DNA from: Chrysomallon squamiferum
Taxonomy: Eukaryota > Animalia > Mollusca
NCBI GenBank assembly: GCA_012295275.1
Contig: CM022667.1
Location: 19,158,001-19,222,000 of the forward strand
Reading direction: 5' to 3'
Length of the DNA stretch: 64,000 nucleotides
Both the position numbers and the translations under genes were made by a program. Below the pieces are notes generated by a model. It made no database searches, had not been told where the DNA came from, and saw only the letters and a program-made list of their open reading frames with translations. Below, in pieces: positions 16,108 to 64,000 of the stretch. The stretch's first letter is position 1, and every line of letters begins with the position of its first letter.

Positions 16108-17175
16108 CTATCTGCCTATCTACTTATATCTACCAACATATCTACTTATATCTATCTGCCTTATCTACCAACCTATATCTACCAACCTATCTACTTATAT
16201 CTACCAACTTATATCTACCAACCTGTACTTATATCTACCAACCCATCTACTTATATATCTAACCCATTATATCTACCTATCCTATCTACTTATATCTACC
16301 AACCTATCTACTTATATCTACCAATCTGTCTACTTATATCTACCAACCTATCTACTTATATCTACCAACCTATCTACTTATATCTACCAACCTATTTACT
16401 TATATCTATCTGCCTATCCACTTATATCTATCTGCCTATCTACTTTTATCTACCAACCTATCTACTTATATCTATCTGCCTATCTACTTATATCTACCAA
16501 CCTATCTACTTATATCTACCAACCTATCTACTTATATCTACCAACTTATCTACTTATATCTATCTCTATCTTATATCTACCAACGTATCCTATCTACTTA
16601 TATCTACCAACCTATTTACTTATATCTATCTGCCTATCTACTTATATCTATCTGCCTGTCTACTTATATCTACCAACCTATTTACTTATATCTATCTGCC
16701 TATCTACTTATATCTATCTGCCTGTCTACTTATATCTATCTGCCTATCTACTTATATCTATCTATCTATCTACTTATATCTACCAACCTGTCTACTTATA
16801 TCTACCAACCTGTCTACTTATATCTACCAACCTATCTACTTATATCTATCTGCCTATCTACTTATATCTACCAACGTATCTACTTATATCTACCAACCTG
16901 TCTACTTATATCTGCCAACCTATCTACCAACCTATCTACTTATATCTATCTATCTATCTGCCTATCTACTTATATCTACCAACCTATTTACTTATATCTA
17001 TCTGCCTATCTACTTATATCTATCTGCCTATCTACTTATATCTTCCAACCTGTCTACTTATATCTACCAACCTATCTACTTATATCTACTCACCTATCTA
17101 CTTATATCTACCAACCTGTCTACTTATATCTATCTGCCTATCTACTTATATCTACCCACCTGTCTACCTACCTAC
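16108..17175. repeat. 22-bp minisatellite with two interleaved variants (tctacttatatcta-CCAA/TCTG-ccta)
   Basis: About 45 copies over ~1.07 kb; source of the spurious 371-aa ORF. Confidence 0.93.
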
Positions 17176-18080
17176 CTAACTCTTCGACTATCTATGTAGT
17201 CCTCTCTCTCTTTCTCTCTATTTATCAGCCGCTCTGGCTGTCTGTCTGTCTGTCTGTCAGTCTAGCTATATAATCTTTCTGTATACATACCTACCTTACT
17301 GTCTAACCATCTCTCTTTCTTTTTTTTATTTCCTTCTTTCTTTTTTCTTTCTTTCTTTCTTATATATGTTCTCTTGCAATGCAGATTTTATGTAAAGAAA
17401 ACCGATAGAATAACATTTAAAAAATAATAATAAAAAATTTAGTTTTAAAATGTCTTTTGTTTAGTGAACACATTTATCGCCATGGTTACTAAATTTTTAT
17501 GGTGATTGCTTATATTTTTAATCCAGAAATGTACTTTTTTTTTAATCTTTTTTATTAATTTTTTATTTTCTTTTAATCCTTTTAAAAAAAAAAAGAATAA
17601 AAATAAAAGATCGAATGTCATTGCTGAGTTGTGATTTTCGAGGAAAGAAATAACAATTAATGGTGGTTTAATATAGAAAATGTTATTTATCACGTAAATA
17701 AATATTAAAATGAGAGAGTCATGAATAATATATAGAACGGAGAGACTGGAACAAAGACACAGAATTACAGTCTCAAAAGAGAAAAGCAGATAAAACACTG
17801 AGAAACAGATAGATTTTTTATATAGATGAATAGATAAATAGATAGACAGAATGACAGGCAGGCAGACAAACATACAGACAGAAATATGTATTATTGATGA
17901 AAAAAAAAATTAGCATGGTAATTTTGTTGGTGGTAATGATGATAATAAGAACAACGACAACGACGATGATGATAATGATGATGGTGATGATGATGACGAT
18001 AATAATGAAAATAATAATCCAAATCAAATAACGACGACAATGACGATACGACGAAAACTTCGACGATGATGATGACGATG

Positions 18081-18139
<59 letters not shown>

Positions 18140-18291
18140 CTAAATCAAATATTATTTTTATTTTTTTCCAGAAAGCATTCAACATGGATGACAATTAAAA
18201 CCTGAATACAACTGTCATTTACAGAGGCGTAGTAATCTAGAGAAATTCAAAAGAAAAAAAAAAAAAAAACGTAGATCGGTATCCTAGCAAC

Positions 18292-40259
<21,968 letters not shown>

Positions 40260-41149
40260 CAAACACGAACAGTCACAAAAAAACAACAAAAAAACAAATA
40301 ATAATAACCCATCAGCATCATGTTCCAGTTTTACAACTCGTGTTGCGAGCTGACTAGTTTTCGTGTGTCGAGGATACCGGGGTTTTTTTTGGGTTTTTTT
40401 AAATTGTTATCATTGTAAAATAAAGTAAATAAGCGCTGTTATTCGTACAGGGAATATAGAGAAGAAAACCAGAAATATAAGAAGAGGAGTTATGATATAT
40501 TTTCATTGACTCAAGCTGTCGGGATTTTTAGCCCTAGTCGATTTAAGGACATTCCTTCAAATGAATCCGTAATAAAGCACAGAAGTATTATACTTCAGCA
40601 ACACAATATATTGTAATTATTTTTTTTTTTTTTGATCTACTAATAAGATATGACTATGAAATAATTAAATATTTTAATAATAATAATAATAATATAAAAT
40701 GATAACAAACGGTAAGATAATTCCAAATGTGATTCTAAATGGTTGTGAATTTGAAACTGATTGTGTGGAACCTTAAAGGGAAGTAACTCATACAGAACAT
40801 TCCTGTTTATCATGGATGCATTCATGGATTTTACATTATGTCTGCCATTGAACATTTAGCTGCTAAATTCAACATATATAAATGTACAGAGGACGATTTC
40901 AATGAATATGTACAGAATTATAGTAATTGTATTAAAACATTGTGATATTTAGTGATTCCTTTAACATCAGTGAACACTAATTATAATTCATTCCCTTTAA
41001 AATCATTTAAAATTAGTTTCATGAAAAACCTGCTTGTTATACGAAAAACAAAAACACACATACAAAAAAAAACTAGTAACTGCATGAAGAAGTAATGACA
41101 ACGAAGAAAAAACTAACAGCAGAATCAAGAACTTAGTCGTTGATGACTG

Positions 41150-41590
41150 CGAAGAACGAAGAGATACGAAAGACCAAAAGATTTCAGAATACGCTAATAG
41201 TTATATTAAGAATACAGTGATTGTATGGAGTATATAGCGCCAATAAAAATGATCAAGCGGCTCTATGAAAAATGTAGTCACTATACGAAGGATGGAATGG
41301 CAGTACGAAGGATTTCGAATTTAGCTACAGAAAGAACACGATAACTGTAGAAAAGATCTCTAACTGGTGTTCAAAGCATATTCTAACTGGGCTTTACAAA
41401 AGATTTTGTGGCCGTACAAAGGATATGGGATATAATGACTATATGAAGGATCAACGAGTACGAAGGATAAAGTGACTCTTCGAAGATACAGTGGCAGTAC
41501 GACGGATACATTAGCAGTATGAAGGATACAGTGATAATACGAAGGATACAGTGGCAATACGAAGGATACAGTGGCAGTGAAGGATCTAGA
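41150..41590. repeat. Degenerate 20-bp minisatellite (tacgaaggatacagtggcag)
   Basis: Periodic acgaagga cores; best preserved at 41480-41585. Confidence 0.75.
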
Positions 41591-42937
41591 GACTGTGAAT
41601 GCTGGGGTTCTAGTGGTCGTACAAAAAAGTGGTACGCATGAGCAAGTGACCGTAAGAAATTACTGATAATTCGTATGTTGTAATTCAGAGTTATTCAGTT
41701 ACAGATATCTGTAAAATGATATGCTACTATATGTGTAAAAACAGTAAGCTAAACATCAGCTACAGCATCAACGAAACTCTATAAGTAACAGCAACAAAAC
41801 AACAACAAACGAAGAACATTAACATCAATAATAAAACAAAATGCATACGATTCACAAACTGAACATCAATTCTACTACTACTACTACTACTACTAACACA
41901 ACACTACTACTTCTACTACTGCTACTGTTACCACTTTTACTACTACTACTACTATTGCTATTACTACTACTACTACCACTTCTATTTCTGCTACCACAAA
42001 TATTACTACTGCTACTCTATTAAATATACTGCTATCCTAACACAACTGCTGCTACATCTACTACTACTACTACTACTAGTACTACTACTACTCTACTACT
42101 ACTACTACTACTACTACTATACCACTGCAACTACATCAAACGAACGACAGTGTGTTTAGTAAGACTATGGCCGTGTCAACCATTCCAGTTTAATTTTTTA
42201 CTGTTACATTATTATTGATATTTTTATTCTTCATATTAATGCTGTTGTTTTTGTTGTTGATGGTGTAATTGTTGTTATTATTATGACAGACACATGTGTG
42301 TATGTATGTATATATATATATATATATATGTATATACATGTGAACAAGTACACACAGACACACACGAACGTATACATACATATATACAGACAGACACGAT
42401 TATTGCTAAGATAATACGTTTAATAAAAAATAATAGTTGTACTATATTTTAGATAGGCTAAACTAATAATAAATTCATTAAAGAAATGAAAATGTTTTAT
42501 GTTTTGTTTTTGTTTTGCTTTCGATGTAACATTTGTAATGCAGGATTAAAAAGAAAGATATATATATATATATATAAAATGTCAGATATCTTTCACCTCT
42601 TTATTTTTTTAATGTTTTTATTTATAATATATATATAAAATAAAAATAAATAAATAAATAAATAAAAAATAAAGAGGTTAAAGATATCTGACATTTTCGA
42701 GGGAGCAACAGTATGGGGAGATGGAAAGAACAAACTGCATGGGCAAAATGAATGACAACAACCAAAATAATAATAATAATAATAGAACAAACAAAAACAA
42801 ACAAACAAACAAACAAACAAACAAGCAAACAAATAAATAAACAAATACAAATCTTTTAAAAAGATGAAAAAAATAAAAACGGAAATTGAGAAAAAGATCA
42901 TTATTATTATAATTATCATTGTTGTTGTTGTAGTTGT

Positions 42938-42992
<55 letters not shown>

Positions 42993-43534
42993 TTAGTTAT
43001 TTATTATAATTTTTTTATTATTATTTTTTTTTTCACCAATTAATGTTAGTCCGAAAAGATAATTCGTGTAATACTTGATCAGTTCAAACAAACTTCAGAT
43101 GCCTAACGCATAGACAGACAAGATGACAACAAAGCAAATCACGCTGGTATCACAGTTTGCGTTGTATAAGCAAAATCTCTTCTCATTCCACACTGTGGCG
43201 AATAAAACGATAATGTGTTGTGCCAGTTTGAAAAAAATGTTCTTTCTCGATTTGTTTTTGCTTTTTTTTTTATATATACAAGGCAGCCTTTGATTTATCT
43301 GTTCTTTGAAATCGTATTGATAGCAGAAAGTCCAGAAAAAGACTAAAAATAAGAAAAAGGCATTAACGCCAGTCTTTTATCCCGATCTGTATTATTTTAT
43401 GATAAAGCCATTTACTGCCAGCTGTCTCCAAGCTGTAATCACAAAGTTAAGTGAGACCCACATATTTCACATTAATTGTTTCACTTTTTGCTGTGAAATA
43501 TCGATTTCTGCTCTCACTGACTGCAGCAACAGCT

Positions 43535-44010
43535 CAGCGCGCGCGCGCGTGCGTCTGCCGCAGACGGTAAAATGGCGGGAAATTCAAAACCGATAATTTA
43601 TAAAAAAATATATATATATATATATACACTCTGAATTTCGTTTAACCTTTTCTGGCCGCTTGATGTCGCTTTTCATCAGCAGAATCTGTCTTCCAGTTAG
43701 TGACGCAAAACTGCAGCAAAGTAGAGCTATTTCAATTTATAATGTTAAAACCATTAAATTTGACCTGCAAACTATTTATCTTTTGATCTAGTATGTCCAT
43801 GACATGATCCAACTCTGTTTGACCTTTTTTTTTTCACTTTTCACACTCATGGCATCAGTGGAACATCCAATGAACCATCCCGTCTCGCTTGAGTGGTCAA
43901 GTCGTTTCACAATTAGCCAGCAGCAGCAACAGCAGCAGCAGCAGCAGCAGAAACACAATACTTGTCGTAGAATTTAATTCCAGGCAGCTAGTTTTGTTTT
44001 TTCATCATGG
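43535..44010 (+). promoter_or_regulatory. Probable SLC7 promoter region
   Basis: CpG-rich gcgcgcgcgcgcgtgcg, YY1-like AAAATGGCGG (43569), E2F-like GGCGGGAA (43574), CARE-like TTTCATCA (43671, 44000), TGACGCAA (43701) and TGGCATCA (43850), all within 550 bp of the ATG. Confidence 0.5.
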
Positions 44011-44074
44011 CTTTTTAGAAAAAAAGAAAAAAACTTTTTTTTTACAATCTCCCACTGTTACTCGGTCATAAAAC

Positions 44075-55413
<11,339 letters not shown>

Positions 55414-56449
55414 ATTTTCTGACAAGTCAGCAATTAATAAACTCTAGTTAAAATATTTTTTTTTTTTTTTTTTTTTTTAAAACACACACGACACTGTTTT
55501 AATCTTTAACAACTAACAAGCATCAGGTCAGTGGATAGAGAGCAGAACTAGTGTACAACACGTCTCTGTAAATGTGTTCTATTTATCATATATATGTTCC
55601 TGCCTATGGGAAGGATGATTACAAGATCATTTACTGCTAATTAAAAAATACGAAAGTAACAAAAACGAATCAGCGGCAGGATGTTTTCTTTGTATTATTA
55701 AAATGATCTAAATAATCCTTACTATATAAATATTAAATAAAACATTTGTTCCTTCCTTCTTACGTGAACATTCAAAACTTGCAAAGAATTTATCAAAAGA
55801 AAAGAAGAAAATCCAACAAACGTAGCATTCATTCTTGTTGTCAAATCTTTATGAAAGATGATAAAATACTGATCCAGACAAGCATAGAAATACACACACA
55901 ATTACAAACACACACACATACACTCACTGATATAGCATATATATATATATATCCATCCATATATAAAAACGTTCATGTGCATTCATGCATGCATGCATAC
56001 ATACATACATACATAAACGCATATCGTTAGTGATGGTAGCTATATTTTTGTTAGTGTTATCATTTTGAAGAAAATATTCCGTCAATATGTTTACAAAAAT
56101 TATAAAACTGCGACATAATGGAGATTATATTTCAAAAGGATTTGTGAATTTAACTTCAAACAGGTTTTAATTTTTTCCACGTTTACGTCAATATACGTAT
56201 AATTACAATTTTTTTAATCTGTGATGAAAGACAACACTTTTCTCAGCGAAACTTGATAAATCACAAAGCCAAGACGACTATGGATTTTCTTATCGCGTTA
56301 TAGTTTAGCGTTTAAAACGAACGAGGATAAATATAGCATAATGTGTTTTTAACTTCCAGTAGATATATTCAAACGTTTGCAACTTTATTGCAGTATCCGA
56401 TAATATTAATTGGTTATGTCGTTGTTGCCGTTGTCCTAGATATAGGGTG

Positions 56450-56777
56450 CGTAGTAGTAGTAGTAGTAGCACTAATAGTAGTAGTCTGTAGAAGAAGTAA
56501 TAAAAATAGTTATAATGAAAAGATTAATAGTAGTAATAATAGTTGTCGTAGTAGTTGAAGTGCTAGTAATGTATTATTGTTATTATTATTATTATTATTA
56601 TTAGTTGTAGTAGTATTAGTATTATCATCATCATCATCATCATTTCATCATTAATAGCAGTAGTAATAGTAGTAGTAGCAGTAGCAGTGGTAGCAATAGT
56701 TGTAGTAGTAGAATTAATATCAGTATTATTAATTATTAATAAACAGTAATAATAGTAATAGTTGTAGTAGTAGTAGC

Positions 56778-56808
<31 letters not shown>

Positions 56809-57072
56809 ATAGCAATAGTTGTTTTAGTAGTATTAATATCATTATTATTAATTATTAATAGAAGCAGTAATAATAGTAATAGTGGTAGTAGTAGTAGCAG
56901 CAGTAGTAATAGTAGTAGTAGTGGTGGTGGTAGCAATAGTTGTTTTAGTAGTATTAATATCATTATTATTAATTATTAATAGAAGCAGTAATAATAGTAA
57001 TAGTGGTAATAGCAGTAGTAGTAGTTTTAATATCTTTGTTATTAATATTAATAGTAGCAGAAACTGTAGTAA

Positions 57073-57109
<37 letters not shown>

Positions 57110-57115
57110 TATTAT
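56450..57115. repeat. (AGT)n/(ATT)n compound microsatellite with an internal ~120-bp duplication
   Basis: agcaatagttgttttagtagtattaatatcattattattaattattaatagaagcag occurs twice. Confidence 0.9.
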
Positions 57116-57590
57116 TGCTATGTAGTAATAACACATTACACAATAAAGGAACGTATTAACAGACTAATGACGATACGTCTTCAATCTATTTCTTTCTTCT
57201 TTTTTTTTTTTTATTTATCTTTCTATAAATATGATTAGCGCGTCTTTGCTCTTTTTTTTTTTTTTTTATTTTTATTAGTTGCTATGGCAACGGAATCCTG
57301 CCATCTGTGTCAGAACAGACGCAGAACGAGGCTGCCGGATGTAAAGCTGTGGCATGATCAATGTTTGAGGAATATAGGCGTGGTTTTCAAACCCGCGTTC
57401 GTCTACAGAGACAGCGTTTATGTCGCAATAATGTAGTCGTATACGACGAGTGTACAGCGTGTTCCACACACATTTCATAAACCATGATGTCGAGTACATT
57501 CTAGTATTATTTTATTTATTTATTTAGTAATTAATTTTTTAATCGCTGTTTTTTTGAATTTCTGGAGCGTGTTGTCATAACGTACGGTGC

Positions 57591-57622
<32 letters not shown>

Positions 57623-58079
57623 AAAAATAATAAAAAAAGAAGAAGAAAAAGAAAATGAAAGTTTCGGAAGGATAGAGAACAGTAGTTGTTGTTGGAAATC
57701 ATTCTAAATGAAATTTGTCGTATCCTGGAAAGTTGTTGTTCCCCGTGCAACGGTAAGACTGTCGTCGTTGTCGTCGTTTGTGATGGTGTGTAATGCTGTT
57801 GTTGTTGTTGTTGTAGTTGTCGCACATGTTGATTGTAAAGGTTCTTGTCATGTTAATGGTTGTGTTAATGTTATTTTAGTATCACTTAGATTTTTTCTTT
57901 CTTTCTTTTTTTCTTTCTTCTTTCATTCATTCATTCTTTCATTCATTTATTCATTCGTTCATTCATTTATTCATTAATTCATTATTTATTTAATTGTTTG
58001 TTTATTTATTTATTTATATTGTGTATACCTCTATACATTAAAAAATGAATTGTTTAGGAAAAATAAATAAATAAATAAA

Positions 58080-58124
<45 letters not shown>

Positions 58125-58731
58125 AATAAAATAAACAAAGTACAGCTTTTCTATCATTCATTCCTGTTTCTTCTTGTGATCTTTTTTTCTTTCTCTTTAT
58201 CTTTCCAATATTTATTGAGAATAAAATATTAATAAGAAAGAGAAAAACCGTCCAAGTGTTTACACTCAAACAATAATCAAATTATCAAAGACAAAGATAA
58301 CATGATGAAATTTTACTTTAATGTTTGAGAAACGTTACTTTTTATATTTTTATATTTTATTTGTTTTATTTATTTTTTTTTTAAATAACAGTAGAAAATC
58401 TATATTTTTCAGTTGCAAATAATAATTTAAAAAATTCTCTATCCTGGCAAATTGTCGATTTATTATTTACTTACTTACTAACTTATTTTCTTCCTTACTT
58501 ATTATTTATTTATTTATTTATTCATTCATTTATGAATTTATTTATTTATTTATTTACTTTGATAGTTATTTTCAAGAAACAAAAGTCCTTTTTAATGATT
58601 TGTTTTTAACAAATGTTTTATTCATTGTGTGAGCCGAGTAAGAGTGATTTAAAACAGCTGTTCAAACAAGCAGAGATCCAACTCGTCAGAACTTTCACTG
58701 TGTAGTGCCTGGGTCTGAGTTAGTACAGGTC

Positions 58732-58837
<106 letters not shown>

Positions 58838-58986
58838 TATTTATTATTATTATTAATATATTTATTATTATTGTAATTATTATTCTTATTATTATTATTA
58901 CCACTACTACTATTATTACTATTATTTCTATTACTACTACTATTAATGCTACAACAACTACTACTACTATTAAAATTATTATTACA

Positions 58987-59022
<36 letters not shown>

Positions 59023-59086
59023 TTATTTTTATTTTTAATATCATTAAAACTACTACTACTGCTACTTTCATTATTATTATTACTGC

Positions 59087-59137
<51 letters not shown>

Positions 59138-59613
59138 CATCATCATCATCATTGTGTTTTTTCTCAGTCTCTTTATTTATTTATTTAATATGCTATATAG
59201 CTTACTCTCCGTATTTTTTATTCGTTTCCTTTCTTTTTTCTTTTATTTATTTAATATTTTTAATAATAATAATAACAACAGCAAAGCAACCGCAACAACA
59301 ATAATAACTATATATATACACATACATCTTGATCACCCCCTAAACTAAACATTACGTTCATTTCTTTCAAATTTTACATCTTTCTAAATCTGTGTATCGT
59401 AAAATCTTTTCCTTCGCCTCTGAAAGAAATCGACGTCACTAGCACGGAATATAATAGTTAGCAGCTTTTGTGATTATAGCCATTTTCTCATAGGGAAGTA
59501 ATTAACTCTGCACCGATATTTAGGATACTGATTAGTAATGCTAGATGTTGATATGACTGCTAGCGTTAGTGTTCTTTATTTACACGTTTTTAAAGTACAT
59601 ATACCTGTGTACC

Positions 59614-59652
<39 letters not shown>

Positions 59653-60222
59653 GAGTATATTCATATGTACATCTATAAAAACATCCATCCATCCCTACAT
59701 ACGTACATATATATATTCTGTATATAACATACGTAAACCAGCACAATTCCATTCATCATTCCACCCATATGTCATTACATACATACATACATACACACAC
59801 ATATACACATACAAACACAAACATACGTACGTACATAAAATACATAAATAATTATATAAATAGATATATACACACACACACACATTCATCCATCCATGCA
59901 TGCATACAATTGTACACACCCACACACCCACACCCACACACACACACATACAATTCATCCATCCATGCATGCATACAATGCTATATAATAACAACAACAA
60001 ATTAAAACATCATATGCTATACGGTTCAATATGGTACAACTATGGACAAACTTGTTAATATGAAACTAATTATGAAATTTCTGTCGTTATTGGCTGACTG
60101 CTGACAACAAAACCCAACCCAGAACCCCAAAATAAATCGAGACGGCTGAAAAATTCGATTTTTATAACCATTTAGTTCTCGATAATTACGTTGAAAAAAT
60201 TATATCAAAAGTTTTCTCCTAA

Positions 60223-60253
<31 letters not shown>

Positions 60254-60701
60254 GATCAAAAATAGAAACTGTCTATAACGGACACTTACATTTAATTGGA
60301 TAATTTGAGAAAACATCTTGAATTATCTTTCTCAGAAACTCTCTCCAGGATTTAACTGTTGTTTCTGCGTCAATATTCAAAATGCGAGTGTTTACCTAAG
60401 TTTATCGTTAAAAATTCGCGATTAAATACAACGTGAATAAAATAGCACATTATTAGTAGAAAACGTTCAAAGAAAAAAAAAAAAAAGAATGAAAGTATAA
60501 CGAAAACTTGAAGAAAGAAATTACAAGGAAATAAAAAAACGAACGAAAGGAAAGTATAACGAGTCGAAGAAACGAGAGAAAATGATAAACAGAAAAGAAA
60601 TAAAATAAAACGGAAAAAGTTCACAGGATGAAATATACGTATAAAAACTGTAATTTATTTATTTATTTTGTTTTACTGGTAACAAAAAAGAAAAGAAAAA
60701 G

Positions 60702-60734
<33 letters not shown>

Positions 60735-61462
60735 AACAAAATAAATAATCAAACTCACAAAATAAACAATTTTGCTAATAAATTGTATCGCATTACATTA
60801 CATTATATAATAGTGCATTGCATTACATTCCTTTACGTTATATTATATTAAGTTATATTACGTTATTATATTATATTATATTATATTATATTATATTATA
60901 TTATATTATACTGCCATGTTATATGTTTCGCCATATACCTTATATAAGTAATCAGGGACTGAAAGTCGTAATACAAAATCTTTACGAAAGTTAACAAATT
61001 CTTTTCTTGCGTCTCAGTTATCTATGTAGGACGAAAATTAAAATACACGGCTGATTTTTGTTCGTGTAACTTGAAAATATTGGTAATTAACGTCACACGA
61101 AACAGATTTCAAATGAATTTCTATTTACGTTGTTTTCAAATTAATCTCCCACTTTCTATGCATCGTGTGGACGTCTTTATGTAAACATAATTTTTAATAA
61201 GAATCTACATTTTTGTGTTTGTACTAATATTACCCAGACTGAAATGATAATGAAAAGCTAATGTGGACAATTTTATTTGAAGTAACAATGACTGAGATAA
61301 TTAAAACATGATGAATTTACTGGTTTAAAAATAATAATAATAATAATAATAATATAATAATTATAATTCAGTGAATAAATGCAGAAGACGCTGACCATAC
61401 CAATATTACAATTCTGTAGGACATGTTAGATTAATTCAATACGTGTATCAGTAAAGGTTTTT

Positions 61463-61551
<89 letters not shown>

Positions 61552-62199
61552 ACACACACTATACAGCTAATACTAATATTTCGACTACTTGTTACTACTA
61601 CTACAGCTACCACTACTACTACTACTACAACGATTTATATTATTACTATTATTACCGTAACTACTATATCTGTTTCTACTACTACAATTATTATTGTTAC
61701 TACTGCCACTACTACTGCTGTTACTACAACAGCTACTACGAATATAACACCTCCTCCTACTTCACCTACTACTACTTGTGCTATTACTATTACTACTACT
61801 TCTACTACAACGACTACTATTATTACTGTAACTACTATATCTGTTTCAGCTACTACAACGAATATTACACCTCCTACAACAGCTACTACGAATATAACAC
61901 CTCCTCCTACTTCACCTACTACTACTACTACTACTAATAATAATCATAACTACAATAATAATCATGACGTCGATGCTCACAGTATTTTATAAGGTATTTT
62001 TTTGTTTTGTTTTGTTTTTTTCCATATCAATTCTGTTTTTGCATTGTTTCTGTAATAAATCTTCATTCTAAAGATCGATTTACGAAACTGAAGACGTTAC
62101 CTCGTTTCTGATTAATTATTTATTCCTGTAAACAAACTAGGGTGTGTTGTTTTTATTTACTGTAAGACGCACATGCGACGCTGCCTGAACGGATATTAA

Positions 62200-62275
62200 A
62201 CAAACCAATCAACGCAAGTCAGTGAACGCATTATAAAACTGCCGACTCCAGTTGACTGAGTTCTTCAGTTCGTTT
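62200..62275 (+). promoter_or_regulatory. Putative Pol II core promoter (CCAAT-TATA-Inr) of an unidentified downstream transcript
   Basis: AACCAATCA 62203-62211, TATAAAA 62232-62238, TCAGTT 62265-62270 in a CpG-rich patch. Confidence 0.5.
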
Positions 62276-62394
62276 TTCTGGCGTTCTTCTAAGCCTCGCG
62301 TGTATCAAATAACAGCACAGAAACTGTCAGCTGAACGACAGAGAGTGCATGTTGCATATGTGTGCACTGATGTATTTAAGTATGAATATATGTG

Positions 62395-62431
<37 letters not shown>

Positions 62432-62439
62432 TCTCTCTC

Positions 62440-62471
<32 letters not shown>

Positions 62472-62589
62472 CAGAGAGACAGAGAGAGAAAGAAAGAGAG
62501 AGAGATAAACGTACGTACGTTCGTATGTACCTACGTATTTATGTACGTAGGTACATACAAACAAAATAGTCATTCCTAACATGTCTCTT

Positions 62590-62779
62590 AGGAATGACTA
62601 TTTTGTTGTCTGATGTATGTCTGATTAGACTCTGCACACAGACAATTTTCGGTAACGCACTGACACTGGAGGACGAAGTCCAATCAAAATCTTACAAACG
62701 TCAGATGCCGCTGACGAGATTCGAACGCATGACACCCATTTATCCGCCGACTACGACCATACTACTTGGCCACCGAGAC
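62590..62779 (-). mobile_element. tRNA-derived SINE remnant
   Basis: Minus strand starts GTCTCGGTGGCCAAGTAG (A box) with GTTCGAATC (B box) downstream; stems degenerate; body shares a 21-mer with 32051-32071. Confidence 0.55.
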
Positions 62780-62799
62780 AAATATTCCATAATGTATGA

Positions 62800-62838
<39 letters not shown>

Positions 62839-63269
62839 AGTGTGTATTTTTTTTTTTGTAGGTACGTATGTATCTGTGTGTGTATGTATGTGTGTGAGTG
62901 CATATACGTGTTTGCCTGTCTGTATATGTCTGTCAATCTGTCTGTCTGCATGCATGTTTGACGTATCTACTTACACACCTAGCTAGATGTGGTGACAATG
63001 ATACAGACACCTGATACTGGTTCAATTACTATTAAACACAATTCTGTATCACTCAACGCGCTGCTGCGCACAACTGATGTGTCGTATCGGTTTATTTCGG
63101 TCAGTTTCAAATTATAGATTGTGACCAGTTCAGGTGTTTGTTGGTGAAACTGTCATTCAGCTACAGATTAGCGACCAGAAGGCAGAAGACAAAGAACCAG
63201 ACACTGATGAGTTAGAATTGTAAAAATGTACAGATGCAAACTTAGTACTACGTTAGCCACACAGAACGG

Positions 63270-63630
63270 TCAGTTAAAAAATATCAACATATCAATCATA
63301 CAGAATTGTTCATTTATGTTTTACAGTTATAAAAGATTTAAACTATCAGTGAGATAGAATTGTACATATACGTTTTACAGTTATAAAATATTAACACATC
63401 AGTCACACAGAAATAGACATTTACGTTTTACATTTATAAAATATTTAACATATCAGTCATTTGGACATTTATTTTACAGTTATAAAATATTAATATATCA
63501 ATTACAACTAGCTTTGTGTTTACATTTTACAGTTATAAACTATTAACATATCAGCCGCATTTCACGTTTTACAGTTATAAAATATTAGCACATCAATCAT
63601 ACAGAAGAATATATTTATGTTTTAGAATTC
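63270..63630. repeat. Degenerate ~45-55-bp tandem repeat (ttttacagttataaaatattaacatatcagtca)
   Basis: About 6 copies of the ttttacagttataaa core. Confidence 0.85.
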
Positions 63631-63678
63631 ACTAATACATCAATATTAATGTTTTACTGTTGAATAAAAAAAGAGAAG

Positions 63679-63795
63679 CTACAGATGTACATTCAGTAAT
63701 TGTACATTCATGTCTCAGAGTTCTGAAATACTACAGATGTACATTCAGTGATTGTACATTCATGTCTCAGAGTTCTAAAATACTACAGATGTACT
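63679..63795. repeat. 52-bp tandem repeat, ~2.2 copies
   Basis: ctacagatgtac at 63679, 63731 and 63783. Confidence 0.9.
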
Positions 63796-64000
63796 CACTA
63801 ATAGATCAGTCATAAAGAACAAGTTCGAAATGGTGAAATGTCGGGTGCACCTGTGTGAATGATGTGTTTTTCAAATAGAGAATTGGTCACAATTACACAG
63901 ACGAAGTTATGAGGAAAGCGACACAGAATCAATATCATAGACAAACGAGACAACCAGATCGAGTCCTTAAATACAACGGAATAGTAAAAATGCCCCCATT

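Noticed and set aside
16084-17199. 371-aa ORF
   Set aside because: Translation of a 22-bp minisatellite; no protein-like complexity
60265-60285. gaaactgtctataacggacac, resembling a pogo-type TIR
   Set aside because: No partner inverted copy or target-site duplication found; too short to call
61462-61992. Mucin-like Thr/Pro-rich ORF
   Set aside because: (ACT)n compound microsatellite with local duplications; no signal peptide or splice support
62703-62779. Possible tRNA gene on the minus strand
   Set aside because: A and B boxes are present but acceptor, anticodon and T stems are mismatched; treated as a SINE head

Overview
This is AT-rich, extremely microsatellite-dense eukaryotic genomic DNA; the (CT)n/(CA)n/(CATA)n/(AAT)n load and SINE-like remnants suggest a mollusc, probably an octopod cephalopod (inference). 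Nearly all ORFs in the supplied track are repeat artefacts. Manual splicing gives two 10-coding-exon, plus-strand amino-acid transporter genes in tandem about 3.8 kb apart, with canonical GT-AG introns in consistent phase. (1) An SLC6/NSS Na+-dependent transporter of the B0AT (SLC6A15-20-like) branch, 18292-40259, about 664 aa; its first coding exon has two mutually compensating frameshifts, and the first coincides with a slippery heptamer + 7-nt spacer + hairpin. (2) An intact SLC7 LAT-type light chain, 44075-55413, 483 aa. Also present: a 302-bp TA-flanked MITE, tRNA-derived SINE remnants, many minisatellites, CRE/CARE and RFX motif clusters, complementary microsatellites at the two ends of several introns, and a CCAAT-TATA-Inr promoter near the right end. 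No rRNA, intact tRNA or CRISPR array was found.
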